Shown: positions 10,446 to 20,165, counted from the first letter of the stretch. The stretch is 64,000 nucleotides of DNA from an uncultured Candidatus Saccharibacteria bacterium (GCA_964468795.1 CAYXWL010000001.1:232246-296245), one strand, 5' to 3'. Numbers and translations: made by a program. The notes: generated by a model not told the origin, from the letters alone.

Positions 10446-10646
10446 CTCCACTCTCAATTTGAGGTACTCGGGTCGGGGTCAAAAAGCCAAAAAATGCCAA
10501 AATTTTAATAAGCGAGATTTCTCAATAACTTTACAAAAAAGTAAATCTATTGTCTGGTATGTAAAATTAGGGTTTATCCACACCCTTACTATACTGCACA
10601 CGCTTGCCGTGTGTGGTATACTTTATCCATATTAAAAAATATAAAA

Positions 10647-10997
10647 ATGAAAATAAACAATAAATTAAATAATGTAATAAAAGATATTAGAGAAGATAAA
10701 AAAATGACACAAGAACAATTAGCAAAAGAGTCAAAATTAACAAGAGGATACATATCCCGCTTGGAAAATGGTGACTACCCTGAGGATTCACCTTCAATTA
10801 AGACATTGAAGAAAATCGCAGAAGGATTGAAGGAACCACTTGAGCTTCTACTCGCTAAAGCAGGTATTACTCAAGAGGATTACATCAATTCAGCAACACC
10901 CCAGACATTCTTTCGAGCACAATACAACTTGAATGAAAGTCAGATCCAGGCAGTCGAATCATTTATCCAGGGCGTTAAGAAACAAATTAAAAATTAA
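10647..10997 (+). CDS. XRE-family HTH transcriptional regulator
   Basis: MTQEQLAKESKLTRGYISRLENG helix-turn-helix. Paired with the downstream ImmA-like peptidase. Confidence 0.8.
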   Translation: MKINNKLNNVIKDIREDKKMTQEQLAKESKLTRGYISRLENGDYPEDSPSIKTLKKIAEGLKEPLELLLAKAGITQEDYINSATPQTFFRAQYNLNESQIQAVESFIQGVKKQIKN

Positions 10998-11008
10998 CAA
11001 ACAAACAT

Positions 11009-11545
11009 ATGAGACCCTCTCCCGAATGGCAGGCCAAGGCCAAATACAAGGCAAATGCGATTTTAAAAGAGTACTTTGAGATTCATTCTCTAGTACTACC
11101 GATACCAATTCAAGATGTCATTGAATTTTACATGCAAGATGTAAATTTCATCACAAGCGATGACTACGATTTTCCAGAAGGCGTATCGGCATTGGCGAGA
11201 AGAGATATATCTATTGGGTGGATGGTTATTGTAAATGGAAATGAATGTAAGGAAAGACAGAGATTTTCTTCAGCTCACGAGTTTGGGCATATGGCTCTCA
11301 TGACGAACACCTCCAAAGAGGTACATTGTTCAACTGATAAAGGAAGTTGGGAAGAAAAACTCTGTGATATGTTTGCGGGGCATCTTCTCATGCCTGAAGC
11401 ATTTGTGAGGTCATACTACGAGCTTCACCCTTCTCCATACGTTGAGGATATTGCAAGAGCGTTTAAGGTTAGTCAGCAAGTCGCAGAAATTGAACTTGAG
11501 TATTTGGGACTTCCGGTAAAAAGCAAGTTTTCAGTTGAATTTTAA
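11009..11545 (+). CDS. ImmA/IrrE-family metallopeptidase
   Basis: HExxH motif (SAHEFGHMAL) and downstream LMPE. Classic XRE/ImmA pair of mobile elements. Confidence 0.8.
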   Translation: MRPSPEWQAKAKYKANAILKEYFEIHSLVLPIPIQDVIEFYMQDVNFITSDDYDFPEGVSALARRDISIGWMVIVNGNECKERQRFSSAHEFGHMALMTNTSKEVHCSTDKGSWEEKLCDMFAGHLLMPEAFVRSYYELHPSPYVEDIARAFKVSQQVAEIELEYLGLPVKSKFSVEF

Positions 11546-11589
11546 TACATAAATTTTTTTATCAAAAATAGTTACTATACATTACATAT

Positions 11590-12873
11590 ATGATAACCAC
11601 AGGAAACAACATAAAAATAGAGCAAGTGAAAATATCGGAGTTAAGACCATCTGTATACAATCCGAGGAAATGGGATGATAAAATCATTTCCGATATGACC
11701 GAGAGTATCAATCGTTTCGGACTTTGCGACCCTCTCCTTGTAAATGGAGCACCGGAAAGAAAAAATATTCTCATCGGCGGTCACTTGAGACTGAAAGTCG
11801 CAACAAACTTAGGATTTACAGAAGTTCCAGTTGTGTATCTCAACATTCCAGACATTGAAAAAGAGAAGGAATTAAACTTGAGACTTAATAAAAATCTGGG
11901 CAACTGGGATGAGGAGTTACTTAAGGCATTTGATGTGGATTTACTCTTAGATGTTGGCTTTACGCCAGATGAATTGAACTTTCATTTTGATGATGTGCTT
12001 AGCATTACTGACGATGATTTCAATGTAAAAGAAGAACTGGAGAAAATCACTACTCCTACCACTAAACCAGGTGACCTATTTCAACTTGGAGATCACAGAT
12101 TACTTTGTGGAGACTCTCTCAAACCAGATGATGTGAAGAAACTCATGGGTTCTGAGAAAGCTCATATGATTTACTGTGATCCTCCATACAACATTGGACT
12201 TGATTATAGGAAAGGTATCGGGACAAAGGGAAAATATACTCAGGAGAAGTTGATAAATGACAGTAAGAAACTTGGTGAGTATGAAAAGTTTTTAGAAAAG
12301 TCTTTGCAAAATGCTTTAAGTGTAAGTAGAGAGAATGTTCATGTCTTCTACTGGTGTGATGAGAAATATGTCTGGCTTGTTCAGAAGCTATACAATCAAC
12401 ATGGAGTTACCAACAGACGTATTTGCTTTTGGATAAAGAACAATTTTGATCCAACACCGCAAGTTGCATTCAATAAAGTGATCGAGCCGTGTGTATATGG
12501 AACTCTTGGTAGTCCAAAACTCAATCCAAGTTTGCAGAATATATCCGAGATTCTAAACATGGATGTTAATTCCATCGGCTCATACGATGACATCATGTCT
12601 ATTGTCCAGATGTGGTTAGTCAAAAGAGACAACACACTTGAATACGAACATCCAACACAGAAACCAATCACTCTAAACGAAAAACCTATGAAGCGCTGCT
12701 CTTCCCCAGGAGAGATTATTCTCGACTTATTCGGCGGAAGCGGATCGACTTTAATCGCCGCAGAACAATTAAAGCGCCGTGCATTCCTAATGGAAATTGA
12801 TCCAACATTTTGCGATTTAATTATTAAACGATATGAACACTTCACAGGAAACCATGTCAAAAAACTCAACTAA
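11590..12873 (+). CDS. ParB-like nuclease domain fused to N6/N4 DNA methyltransferase
   Basis: N-terminal ELRPSVYNPRKW (ParB/Srx-like). CDPPYNIG (motif IV) and LDLFGGSGSTLIAAE (motif I). Confidence 0.8.
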   Translation: MITTGNNIKIEQVKISELRPSVYNPRKWDDKIISDMTESINRFGLCDPLLVNGAPERKNILIGGHLRLKVATNLGFTEVPVVYLNIPDIEKEKELNLRLNKNLGNWDEELLKAFDVDLLLDVGFTPDELNFHFDDVLSITDDDFNVKEELEKITTPTTKPGDLFQLGDHRLLCGDSLKPDDVKKLMGSEKAHMIYCDPPYNIGLDYRKGIGTKGKYTQEKLINDSKKLGEYEKFLEKSLQNALSVSRENVHVFYWCDEKYVWLVQKLYNQHGVTNRRICFWIKNNFDPTPQVAFNKVIEPCVYGTLGSPKLNPSLQNISEILNMDVNSIGSYDDIMSIVQMWLVKRDNTLEYEHPTQKPITLNEKPMKRCSSPGEIILDLFGGSGSTLIAAEQLKRRAFLMEIDPTFCDLIIKRYEHFTGNHVKKLN

Positions 12874-13621
12874 AATCTGGGAACTTGGAAATCATAGACT
12901 GCTTTTAGGTGACTCCACTCTAAAAGCAGATATCAATTTGCTTGTTGGTAAAGACAAGGCAAATCTTCTTTTAACTGACCCTCCATATGGAGTCGGATAT
13001 GTTGAAAACAAAGAAGAATTTCTGGAAGCAATCAATGGGAAAAGTAATCCTCAGAAATTTTCTTCCATAAAAGGAGACGGAATCAAAGAAGATTATTACG
13101 ATTTCTCTAAAAAGTGGCTTGGGATACTCAAACCGCATCTCGCAGATAAGAATTCCTTCTATATTTTCAATGGTGACGCAAAACTCAGAGAGTTCCTCAA
13201 TTCTTTGCACGATCTTAGTTACACTAAATCAGCTATTTTAATCTGGATCAAAAATCACGCAGTCATCGGTCGCAAAGACTATCACCCACAGCATGAACTC
13301 ATCATATACGGTTGGCTAGGCAAACATGAATTCTTTGGGAATAAGGGCAAAACTACTTTGTTTTATCCTAAACCCAACAAAAACAAACTTCACCCCACCA
13401 TGAAACCACCGATGCTTTTGCGTAGACTCATCTATCACAGCACAAAGCCCGGCGATGTTGTACTTGATCCGTTTGGTGGATCAGGTTCAACACTAATCGC
13501 TTGTGAGGAACTAGGTCGAAAATGTCTCATGATCGAGAGTGACGAGAAATATTGCGAGACAATCATTGAAAGATGGCAGAAACTTACAGGAAAAACTGCG
13601 AAGTTAATTAATCATGCGTAA
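12833..13621 (+). CDS. DNA methyltransferase (N6/N4 type)
   Basis: TDPPYGVGY and LDPFGGSGSTLIACE. The start may be the internal ATG at 12854. Confidence 0.8.
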   Translation: MNTSQETMSKNSTKIWELGNHRLLLGDSTLKADINLLVGKDKANLLLTDPPYGVGYVENKEEFLEAINGKSNPQKFSSIKGDGIKEDYYDFSKKWLGILKPHLADKNSFYIFNGDAKLREFLNSLHDLSYTKSAILIWIKNHAVIGRKDYHPQHELIIYGWLGKHEFFGNKGKTTLFYPKPNKNKLHPTMKPPMLLRRLIYHSTKPGDVVLDPFGGSGSTLIACEELGRKCLMIESDEKYCETIIERWQKLTGKTAKLINHA

Positions 13622-13627
13622 GAAAAT

Positions 13628-14017
13628 ATGGACAATGATGCCGACAAATCACAAACAATTTCTGTCTATAAGCGACAAGAGTTCGAGTCGTATGTTCTTT
13701 GGAGATCTATGCCATCAATTCTCCGAGGCCAACCGAGACACGTCATTGAAAAACTTGGTGTCGATGATGAATTGGCTATGTCACTTTTGGAAATCAAAAA
13801 TCAAACAGAATTTGCCAAACGTTTCGGCATCAAAGACCTCGGCACACTTACAGAGTGGAATAAAAAGATTGAAAAAGAAGGAGGACTTCTCAAGCACATC
13901 AACTCTTGGGCACGAAAACTTACACCAAATGTTGTCTCTGCTTTGTATCGAGAAGCCACAAAGACTGGCAAAGCAGCCGAGGTGAAAGCATGGATGGAGA
14001 TAGTTGAAGGAATGTAA
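13628..14017 (+). CDS. hypothetical protein (possible HTH)
   Basis: 129-aa ORF in a co-directional array. EFAKRFGIKDLGTLTEWNKK resembles an HTH. The alternative frame 13614..13985 was rejected. Confidence 0.45.
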   Translation: MDNDADKSQTISVYKRQEFESYVLWRSMPSILRGQPRHVIEKLGVDDELAMSLLEIKNQTEFAKRFGIKDLGTLTEWNKKIEKEGGLLKHINSWARKLTPNVVSALYREATKTGKAAEVKAWMEIVEGM

Positions 14018-14026
14018 AACAAATAT

Positions 14027-14233
14027 ATGAACAATGAGAAAAAATATCTAACAACAGAAGAAGCAACCATTATCTTGTCGGAGGCTCTTCAAGATGTGGC
14101 TCAAAGAAAAACAACACTTAAGCGAGCCCTCGTAATTTCTCGTTTAGCTTTGGCCTTATCGAAAATGATTGAAGTAAATGACCTCAAAGATCGAGTCGAG
14201 TTTCTTGAACAGACCTTAAAGAAAAGAAAATAA
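14027..14233 (+). CDS. hypothetical small protein
   Basis: 68 aa, tightly coupled to the neighbouring genes. Confidence 0.45.
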   Translation: MNNEKKYLTTEEATIILSEALQDVAQRKTTLKRALVISRLALALSKMIEVNDLKDRVEFLEQTLKKRK

Positions 14234-14234
14234 T

Positions 14235-16073
14235 ATGAAACAAGTTACAAGCAACATGCTACTAAAAGGAAACCTTACTCCGACAGAGAAATTCATTCTC
14301 CTTATTCAAGATGAGGTAAATAGAATCAAAACTGGAAAAGAAATACTGACTCCTGCCGACAGAGATGCGTTAGAAAATTGGAAAGCACAGACTAATAAAG
14401 AAGCTCATGAGTGGAACAGATTAAATGATGGATTTAAACAGACAGCAAAGATGAACGTTGAAGTGGAGTTTACTTACAAAGATGCTCAAGTAGCATACCT
14501 GGCCCAACTACCAATTACTTCACAGCTTCTATTCTATCCATACTATAGGGAGATGCGAGGTTGTATTAAAACCCTCAAAAATATCAAGAAAGCAACTCCA
14601 AAAGAAGTAATGGAGGCCGCAGAAAAACAAAAACAAGTCAAACTAAAGGAAGGAATGGATTTTGACTATGCAATATATCAACTAGCTTTCGAACTTCTAT
14701 CTGAGAAAGACAAGAAACAAATGAAAGATCTGTATGAGGAAATAGAATATGAACACCAATATTTAGACCAAGAAGAAATCATCGCTAATTTGTTTAATGG
14801 GAAAGAAACTCTAACTCAGAAAGCTAAAGAAAAGCTAGCGACTCTTGTTGCTGAAAGAAGCTACAATGTATTTGCTAAAGAGTACCAGTTCTTCCATTAT
14901 TTTGCCTGTATCCCAATAGCTGAAGTAGCGCGATATTTCCTCAAATCCAAAGGAGTGGAAGTTAAAGGAAAAAATTTATCCAAAAATCAGGAATCAGATG
15001 ACGAGGACTCAGTTACGCATGATAAAATCGATGATGTTGTAAAGAAATATGCGCAAGAAAATAAAATTTCTGTTGAAACACTACTTAAAGAAGGGTGTTT
15101 ACAGTGGTTAGATGACGGGCTCTTGGATGAATACACCCCTCTTGTCATTAGCACTAGTGCAGAGTTATTTGAAAGATGGCTTAAGACAAAAGTAAAAGCT
15201 AAGAGTATTTTACTTAAACACATAGAGAATAAGGAATTAACTCTTAGAAAAAGAAGTGAAAACGAGACATTCAAACACAAACTGCGCAGTAAAGACTTAT
15301 ATGATATTGAGCTAAATGTCGCCCGAAAAGTACTAGAAAATCTTGATCTGGAACTGAGAGTAGAAAAAGCAGAAGGAGATGAAAGAGTTGCTTTTGAGGA
15401 ATTCAATGAATCAATAATTACAGGAGAAAGTTTGTATACCTTTAAAGGAGAATATGGATTTGTTAAGAAATTCAAAGAAAGAGCAGATGAATATGATGCC
15501 AACCTTGGTATTGTATATGCAGATGATGACCCAGAACATACAGGAGAGCACTTGGATCAAGAATTCATTGTCTGTAGCCAAAACGGTAAAGGTGACGCTA
15601 GCTTCTTTAGCTTGTATGGGATGTCAATTTCAATGCTCTCCTCTTTCTTTGATGGAAAACTGCTTTTCAAAGAAAAAGTTAAAGATAAGAAGACATATAT
15701 TGAATTCAAAGATCCAATGATAGAAGCAATTTTTAAAGAAAGAAGAAAACTAATGATTGATGGGTATGCAAAACTTCTAGCTTTTGAGAAACTTTTTAAG
15801 AAGCTGGGTAGGATATACCAATCAGATCTGGAGTGGAACGTCAGAGAAAGAATTAAAAGGATGAAAGAACATATTGATCAATTTAACGAAACGATTAGAG
15901 TGGCAACAAATACGAGTGAAGAAGAGAGAAAATATAAAGAAGGGATATTTAGGAGAAAGGAGGTTCTGTATTTCGAGGAAGAGCAAATAATCGACACAGA
16001 AAAGATCCTGCCAGATGAAACAGTGATTGAGGAATACAGAAAGAAATTTGAGGATTTGTTTGAGGAGTTTTGA
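14235..16073 (+). CDS. hypothetical large acidic/coiled-coil protein
   Basis: 612 aa, K/E-rich, no motif recognised. Confidence 0.6.
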   Translation: MKQVTSNMLLKGNLTPTEKFILLIQDEVNRIKTGKEILTPADRDALENWKAQTNKEAHEWNRLNDGFKQTAKMNVEVEFTYKDAQVAYLAQLPITSQLLFYPYYREMRGCIKTLKNIKKATPKEVMEAAEKQKQVKLKEGMDFDYAIYQLAFELLSEKDKKQMKDLYEEIEYEHQYLDQEEIIANLFNGKETLTQKAKEKLATLVAERSYNVFAKEYQFFHYFACIPIAEVARYFLKSKGVEVKGKNLSKNQESDDEDSVTHDKIDDVVKKYAQENKISVETLLKEGCLQWLDDGLLDEYTPLVISTSAELFERWLKTKVKAKSILLKHIENKELTLRKRSENETFKHKLRSKDLYDIELNVARKVLENLDLELRVEKAEGDERVAFEEFNESIITGESLYTFKGEYGFVKKFKERADEYDANLGIVYADDDPEHTGEHLDQEFIVCSQNGKGDASFFSLYGMSISMLSSFFDGKLLFKEKVKDKKTYIEFKDPMIEAIFKERRKLMIDGYAKLLAFEKLFKKLGRIYQSDLEWNVRERIKRMKEHIDQFNETIRVATNTSEEERKYKEGIFRRKEVLYFEEEQIIDTEKILPDETVIEEYRKKFEDLFEEF

Positions 16074-16115
16074 GAGGATTGATACATTACAAGGTAAGAG
16101 ATACTATATACATCA

Positions 16116-16508
16116 ATGAAAAAAGATTTTAAAAAGTGGCACACAAAGAAAGAGTTTCTGCACAATGAGAAGGATATTTCAAATATATTCTTCAAAGAGC
16201 GAGAAGTCTGGTGGGTAGCACTTGGAGCAAATATAGGATTTGAACAAGATGGTAAAGGTGAAGAGTTCAGAAGACCAGTTTTGATTTTGAAGAAGTTTAA
16301 CCAATTTGTACTCTTGACTGTGCCTCTCACTACCAAGATTAAGAAGAATAAATACTATGTTCCTCTTGATATTGGAGATGGAACACCACGTATGGCTATC
16401 ATTTCTCAAATAAGGCTTATAGATACGAAAAGACTTATCGACAAACTGGCAACTCTTGAAGAGGATTCTTTTACTCAAATCAAAAACGCAATCAAAGCTA
16501 TGCTCTAA
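16116..16508 (+). CDS. MazF/PemK-like toxin-fold protein (no adjacent antitoxin seen)
   Basis: REVWWVALGANIGFEQDGKGEEFRRPVLILKK..TVPLTTK pattern typical of PemK/MazF. Confidence 0.65.
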   Translation: MKKDFKKWHTKKEFLHNEKDISNIFFKEREVWWVALGANIGFEQDGKGEEFRRPVLILKKFNQFVLLTVPLTTKIKKNKYYVPLDIGDGTPRMAIISQIRLIDTKRLIDKLATLEEDSFTQIKNAIKAML

Positions 16509-16628
16509 TTGCGTCTTTGCTTGTCTGCTCCCTTGCGAGAGCGAGCCCGAAGGCCATTTGTACCTACAGTATATATCGATTTAAGTGAAAGTCAAATGAA
16601 GTTATCTACAGTATAATATAAGAAAAAT

Positions 16629-17651
16629 ATGCAAATAAAATCCCAATTTGACCACAGAGGAAAAACTTACAAAGTTACATATACTGATGGAGTTCCGGAA
16701 GTAGAAAATCTTGAAACTCAAGATGGTGTTCATTCGTATTGTTTCTATGGAGATAAATTAGTTATCGTTGGACATGGAGCAGACAACAATTGGACTCCTC
16801 CAGGTGGAGCTATCGAAAAAGGAGAAACTTACACTGAAGCAGCTATACGAGAAATCAAGGAAGAATCAAATATGAAAGTCCTTCATATTGAATGTATTGG
16901 ATATCAAGATGTAGAAGTATCATACGGTACTGGAATGGTTAGACAATTCAGAATGATGGCTATTGTTAAACCATATGGAGAATTTGAAAAAGACCCAGAT
17001 GGAGATATTTTGGAGATAAAGCTGATTGATCCAAAAGATTACAAAGAATATATAAAATGGGGAGAGATCGGAGATTACTTAATGAAAAGAGCCTTGGAGA
17101 TGAAGGAGTATAACTTTGAAGATGTCACCAAAGATGCAGTTGTAAATCCAATTGAACTAGCAAAAAGATTTGCGAGTAAAAAGTTTGCAGAGATACAAAC
17201 AGGAAATCACTTTCTAGATGTATATAGAATTCTTAAAGAAGAGTTTGGGGTTAATGATGAAGAAGTTTTAATCGCTGGACTATTGCACGATACACTTGAA
17301 GATACTTCTGCTACATATGATCAAATTGAAAGAATTTTTGGGAAGAGAGTTGCGGATTTAGTAGAGGAAGTGTCTCATCCAAAAAATTACAATAATGAAC
17401 AGAAGAAAGAATACTATGAGAAACTAAAGCATATTTCTGATGGAGGGAAAATGATAAAACTAGCTGATTTTAAATCACACTTAGTTAATTTCATCGGAGC
17501 TTTTACAGGAAAAAACAATTTGAAGAAATTTACATACACAGAGTACACAGATAATATTCTTAGTTTTCTAGAAAATTATCCTGAATCAGCAGCAAAAAAT
17601 ACTGTATATAATTTATCAAAAGAGTTAGAAGGTCATATTTTAGGAAAATAG
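16629..17651 (+). CDS. Nudix hydrolase fused to an HD (SpoT/RelA-type) phosphohydrolase domain
   Basis: Nudix box GGAIEKGETYTEAAIREIKEESN. C-terminal AGLLHDTLEDT HD motif. Confidence 0.75.
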   Translation: MQIKSQFDHRGKTYKVTYTDGVPEVENLETQDGVHSYCFYGDKLVIVGHGADNNWTPPGGAIEKGETYTEAAIREIKEESNMKVLHIECIGYQDVEVSYGTGMVRQFRMMAIVKPYGEFEKDPDGDILEIKLIDPKDYKEYIKWGEIGDYLMKRALEMKEYNFEDVTKDAVVNPIELAKRFASKKFAEIQTGNHFLDVYRILKEEFGVNDEEVLIAGLLHDTLEDTSATYDQIERIFGKRVADLVEEVSHPKNYNNEQKKEYYEKLKHISDGGKMIKLADFKSHLVNFIGAFTGKNNLKKFTYTEYTDNILSFLENYPESAAKNTVYNLSKELEGHILGK

Positions 17652-17652
17652 T

Positions 17653-18414
17653 ATGAAATTAATTACCTTAAATGCGTGGGGTGGAAAAATATATGAACCA
17701 CTCATTTCTTTCCTTAAGGAACACTCAAAAGATGTGGATATTTTTTGCTTTCAAGATGTATTATTCGGGTCAAAACCAGAGTTTACTCCAATTCAAAAAG
17801 GAAGAGTAAACTTATTTTCAGAAATTGAAAATATTTTAAGTGATTTTAATTCATTTATCTTTAGAGATAAAAATGAGTCATTTATTCATGGCGAGATGTT
17901 GCCTCTCGAGGTGGGGTGCGGGCAAGCTATTTTTGTAAGAAAAAATTTAAAAGTTCTAGATAACGGCGCATTTCGTGCTTTAGACAGAGAAACAGACGAT
18001 GACATTGCTCCTGGAAGATGCCAGTGGATTAAAATTAAATTACATAACGAAGAAAACCTGGTTGTTATGAATTTACATGGAATGTGGCAAAAAGGTTCTC
18101 AAAAGAAAGACACTCCAGAAAGAATAGTACAATCACAAAAAGTTAAGGAGTTTTTCTCTCAACACAATTCCAAGCAAATAATATGTGGTGATTTTAATAT
18201 GGTAAAAGATGGGAATGCAATGAGTATGTTGGAAGAAGGAATGGTAAATTTAGTGAAAGAATACGGCATTCAATCAACCCGAAGCAGCCATTACCCAAAA
18301 GAAGAAAAATTTGCAGACTATATACTCGTATCAAAAGATATAAAAGTAAATGATTTTAAAGTTTTGCAGAATGAGGTATCAGACCATTTGCCTTTATTTG
18401 TGGATTTTGAATAA
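17653..18414 (+). CDS. endonuclease/exonuclease/phosphatase (EEP) family protein
   Basis: MKLITLNAWGG .. CFQD .. GDFN .. SDHLPL motif series. Confidence 0.7.
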   Translation: MKLITLNAWGGKIYEPLISFLKEHSKDVDIFCFQDVLFGSKPEFTPIQKGRVNLFSEIENILSDFNSFIFRDKNESFIHGEMLPLEVGCGQAIFVRKNLKVLDNGAFRALDRETDDDIAPGRCQWIKIKLHNEENLVVMNLHGMWQKGSQKKDTPERIVQSQKVKEFFSQHNSKQIICGDFNMVKDGNAMSMLEEGMVNLVKEYGIQSTRSSHYPKEEKFADYILVSKDIKVNDFKVLQNEVSDHLPLFVDFE

Positions 18415-18420
18415 AGAAAA

Positions 18421-18442
18421 GCACCACGATTTTTTGTGGTGC
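18421..18442 (-). terminator. hairpin terminator at the AT/GC composition boundary
   Basis: GCACCACgattttttGTGGTGC, followed by a T-run on the minus strand. Ends the minus-strand GC-rich operon. Confidence 0.55.
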
Positions 18443-18575
18443 TGGAAGTGGTGTGCAGTCCAGATCTTTAGCATTGCGAGCGTTGGCCACCTCCTTGGTT
18501 TTCAACTTAGCCGCTCGCGTAGCGATCTGGTTACGGCTTGTGCCGTCATCCGTTCCCACTTAGGGAACGACTCAA

Positions 18576-18695
18576 TTAGTCCTCTGGCCTCTGCACATGC
18601 CTGGACCGCGATATGTTGGGAACTCCATGCAACATGAGTGCGCACTCCGCCTTTGTTACAGCGCCCTCCGCTAGAGGGTAACGTGCCGTCTTCAT
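18576..18695 (-). CDS. candidate 39-aa ORF (last gene of the GC-rich operon)
   Basis: Own translation MKTARYPLAEGAVTKAECALMLHGVPNISRSRHVQRPED, placed just after IR copy a. Below the track cutoff. Confidence 0.25.
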   Translation of the reverse strand: MKTARYPLAEGAVTKAECALMLHGVPNISRSRHVQRPED

Positions 18696-18703
18696 GGTGG
18701 AGC

Positions 18704-18745
18704 TCCCATCAAAAGTTTCAAATTATTTTAAAATCTTTGATGGGA
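18704..18745 (-). repeat. IR family copy a: TCCCATCAAA - AT-rich spacer - TTTGATGGGA
   Basis: 10-bp perfect inverted arms read directly; gene orientation is minus. Confidence 0.7.
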
Positions 18746-18885
18746 GGGCGAACAAATTTCGTTGCTCACCCATTGCACTGCGGTCTCGCCCTGCCTTATC
18801 AGCAAACGAAGTGTCTAGCTTCGTTGCTCGCTTAAGTCATTTCTGACATCAGCGAATTCGCGCAGGATCCCCGCTCAAGTTTGTG

Positions 18886-19386
18886 CTAACTCAGTCGACC
18901 CAATAAGGTTTGCCCTGTCGATACCAATCTGGCGTATGACCACCACTGACTGTAATCAGTGAGGATTTCCATACGCCAATGGCTGTCGACTCTGCCGGGA
19001 ATGGGCGGACACAATTCGATGAACGGAGATTGCTGATTGCGCAACTCCTCGTCCCTCGAAACGCGCCTCGCACACACCGGCAAAGTGACACCACTCGCAT
19101 CTTTGACGAATGCGACATTGGCACTGAGCCTCGACGAAAGTTTCCCACTGCATACTCGACCGTCTTTCTTTGGCGCAAGTAAGTTGAGAAAACTGTCGAT
19201 CGAGATAGGGCGATACCTCGTCAGGATCCGCTGCGCGTCGACGTATGTCCCGAGGTCCCAGAGAAGCAAATTGCTCTTCTCTTCGTTCCGGCGCACTTCC
19301 ATATTGCTAAAGTGACGCTCGAAAGTCTCACAAACCTCGAGGACGTTGACACTCACAAGGCGATCCCGAACGATGTAGTTTTCCAT
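18886..19386 (-). CDS. hypothetical protein (166 aa)
   Basis: Start set at MENYIVRDRL, preceded by AAAGGAGGG. GC-rich module. Confidence 0.55.
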   Translation of the reverse strand: MENYIVRDRLVSVNVLEVCETFERHFSNMEVRRNEEKSNLLLWDLGTYVDAQRILTRYRPISIDSFLNLLAPKKDGRVCSGKLSSRLSANVAFVKDASGVTLPVCARRVSRDEELRNQQSPFIELCPPIPGRVDSHWRMEILTDYSQWWSYARLVSTGQTLLGRLS

Positions 19387-19420
19387 GAGCCCTCCTTTGG
19401 GCAAAATACAGACTATTTTT

Positions 19421-19534
19421 AAAGAACTTTGGAACAATTTTGTTCCTTCAGAATACTTAACCTAGGTTAAACCCTCTGAAGGAAGTCCGAGGATATATGA
19501 CTTCCTCGGACGATACCGGGCTGACGCGCCGATA
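19421..19534 (-). promoter_or_regulatory. conserved structured leader, copy B (the homolog is at 26174..26288 on the plus strand)
   Basis: ~75 nt nearly identical to copy A: ATCGGCGCGTCAGCCCGgTATCGTCCGAGGAAGTCATATATCCTCGGACTTCCTTCAGAG. Covarying hairpins and GTTCTTT follow. Confidence 0.5.
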
Positions 19535-19544
19535 GACGTTATTG

Positions 19545-20093
19545 CTAGACTTCTCCCGAGAGATCGTTCGGATCTTCGTGGCCGTCCCACTCGGTGTCGA
19601 CATCTTCTCGCTTCCACTTGAGCCGATGGAGGACGTACTCGATCCTGCCCCTGGATTGTTTGGACAGCTTCCACTTCAACCAGCCGAACTCCTTCTCGAG
19701 CTGAGCAAGATTCTCGATCTGCCAACGCTTCAGGCAAGAAACGAGTCTTGGACTGAAGATGGATTTCGTCGAGATCTCCTCCCGAGGCCGATCTTTCAGC
19801 GAGTCGACGATGGCGTTGAAAGCCATCTCGAACTTCTGTTGCTCTACGGGCGGAGGCGGGAGTGGCTTCGGCGGTTTGCCGGCGTTCTTTCGTGCGGTGC
19901 GAACCTTACGAACTGCCTTGCGGGCAATCTGCATGATTCGCTCCTTCGTGACGGCAAACTCCTGGCCGATGTCGTTGTAGCTCATCCCTTGCGCGAGTAA
20001 GGTCAGGATTCTCTCCTCGCGGGGAGTCGTCCTCATGCGCTCGACTGGTGTGATCTCCGAAATGACAATGCCGAACAAAGTTTTTTTCTGCAA
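19545..20093 (-). CDS. sigma70 region-4-like HTH protein with an extra C-terminal domain
   Basis: TTG start after GGAG. TPREERILTLLAQGMSYNDIGQEFAVTKERIMQIARKAVRKV resembles sigma region 4. FSPRLVSCLKRWQIENLAQL weakly resembles an RpoA-CTD helix-hairpin-helix. Confidence 0.55.
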   Translation of the reverse strand: MQKKTLFGIVISEITPVERMRTTPREERILTLLAQGMSYNDIGQEFAVTKERIMQIARKAVRKVRTARKNAGKPPKPLPPPPVEQQKFEMAFNAIVDSLKDRPREEISTKSIFSPRLVSCLKRWQIENLAQLEKEFGWLKWKLSKQSRGRIEYVLHRLKWKREDVDTEWDGHEDPNDLSGEV

Positions 20094-20128
20094 TGTTTTT
20101 CTCCAAAGAACAAAGGGAAATTATTTTC

Positions 20129-20165
20129 CCGTCAAAACTCTGAAATAAATTCAAAACTTTGACGG
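20129..20165 (-). repeat. IR family copy f (variant arms CCGTCAAA / TTTGACGG)
   Basis: Preceded on the minus strand by hairpin GCCGAACttcgGTTCGGC. Followed by GGGAAAataaTTTCCC, GTTCTTT, GGAG and the start of 19545..20093. Confidence 0.6.

Noticed and set aside
18356-18559. 67-aa ORF spanning the AT/GC boundary.
   Set aside because: It has a GTG start inside a hairpin, crosses the terminator and the composition boundary, and overlaps the 3' end of the EEP gene in antisense.
18846-18880. CGCUGAUGUCAGAAAUGAC on the minus strand, which looked like a fourth hammerhead.
   Set aside because: It lacks A9 after CUGAUG and has no GAAA followed by stem III, no GUC site and no stem I. It is only a superficial match.
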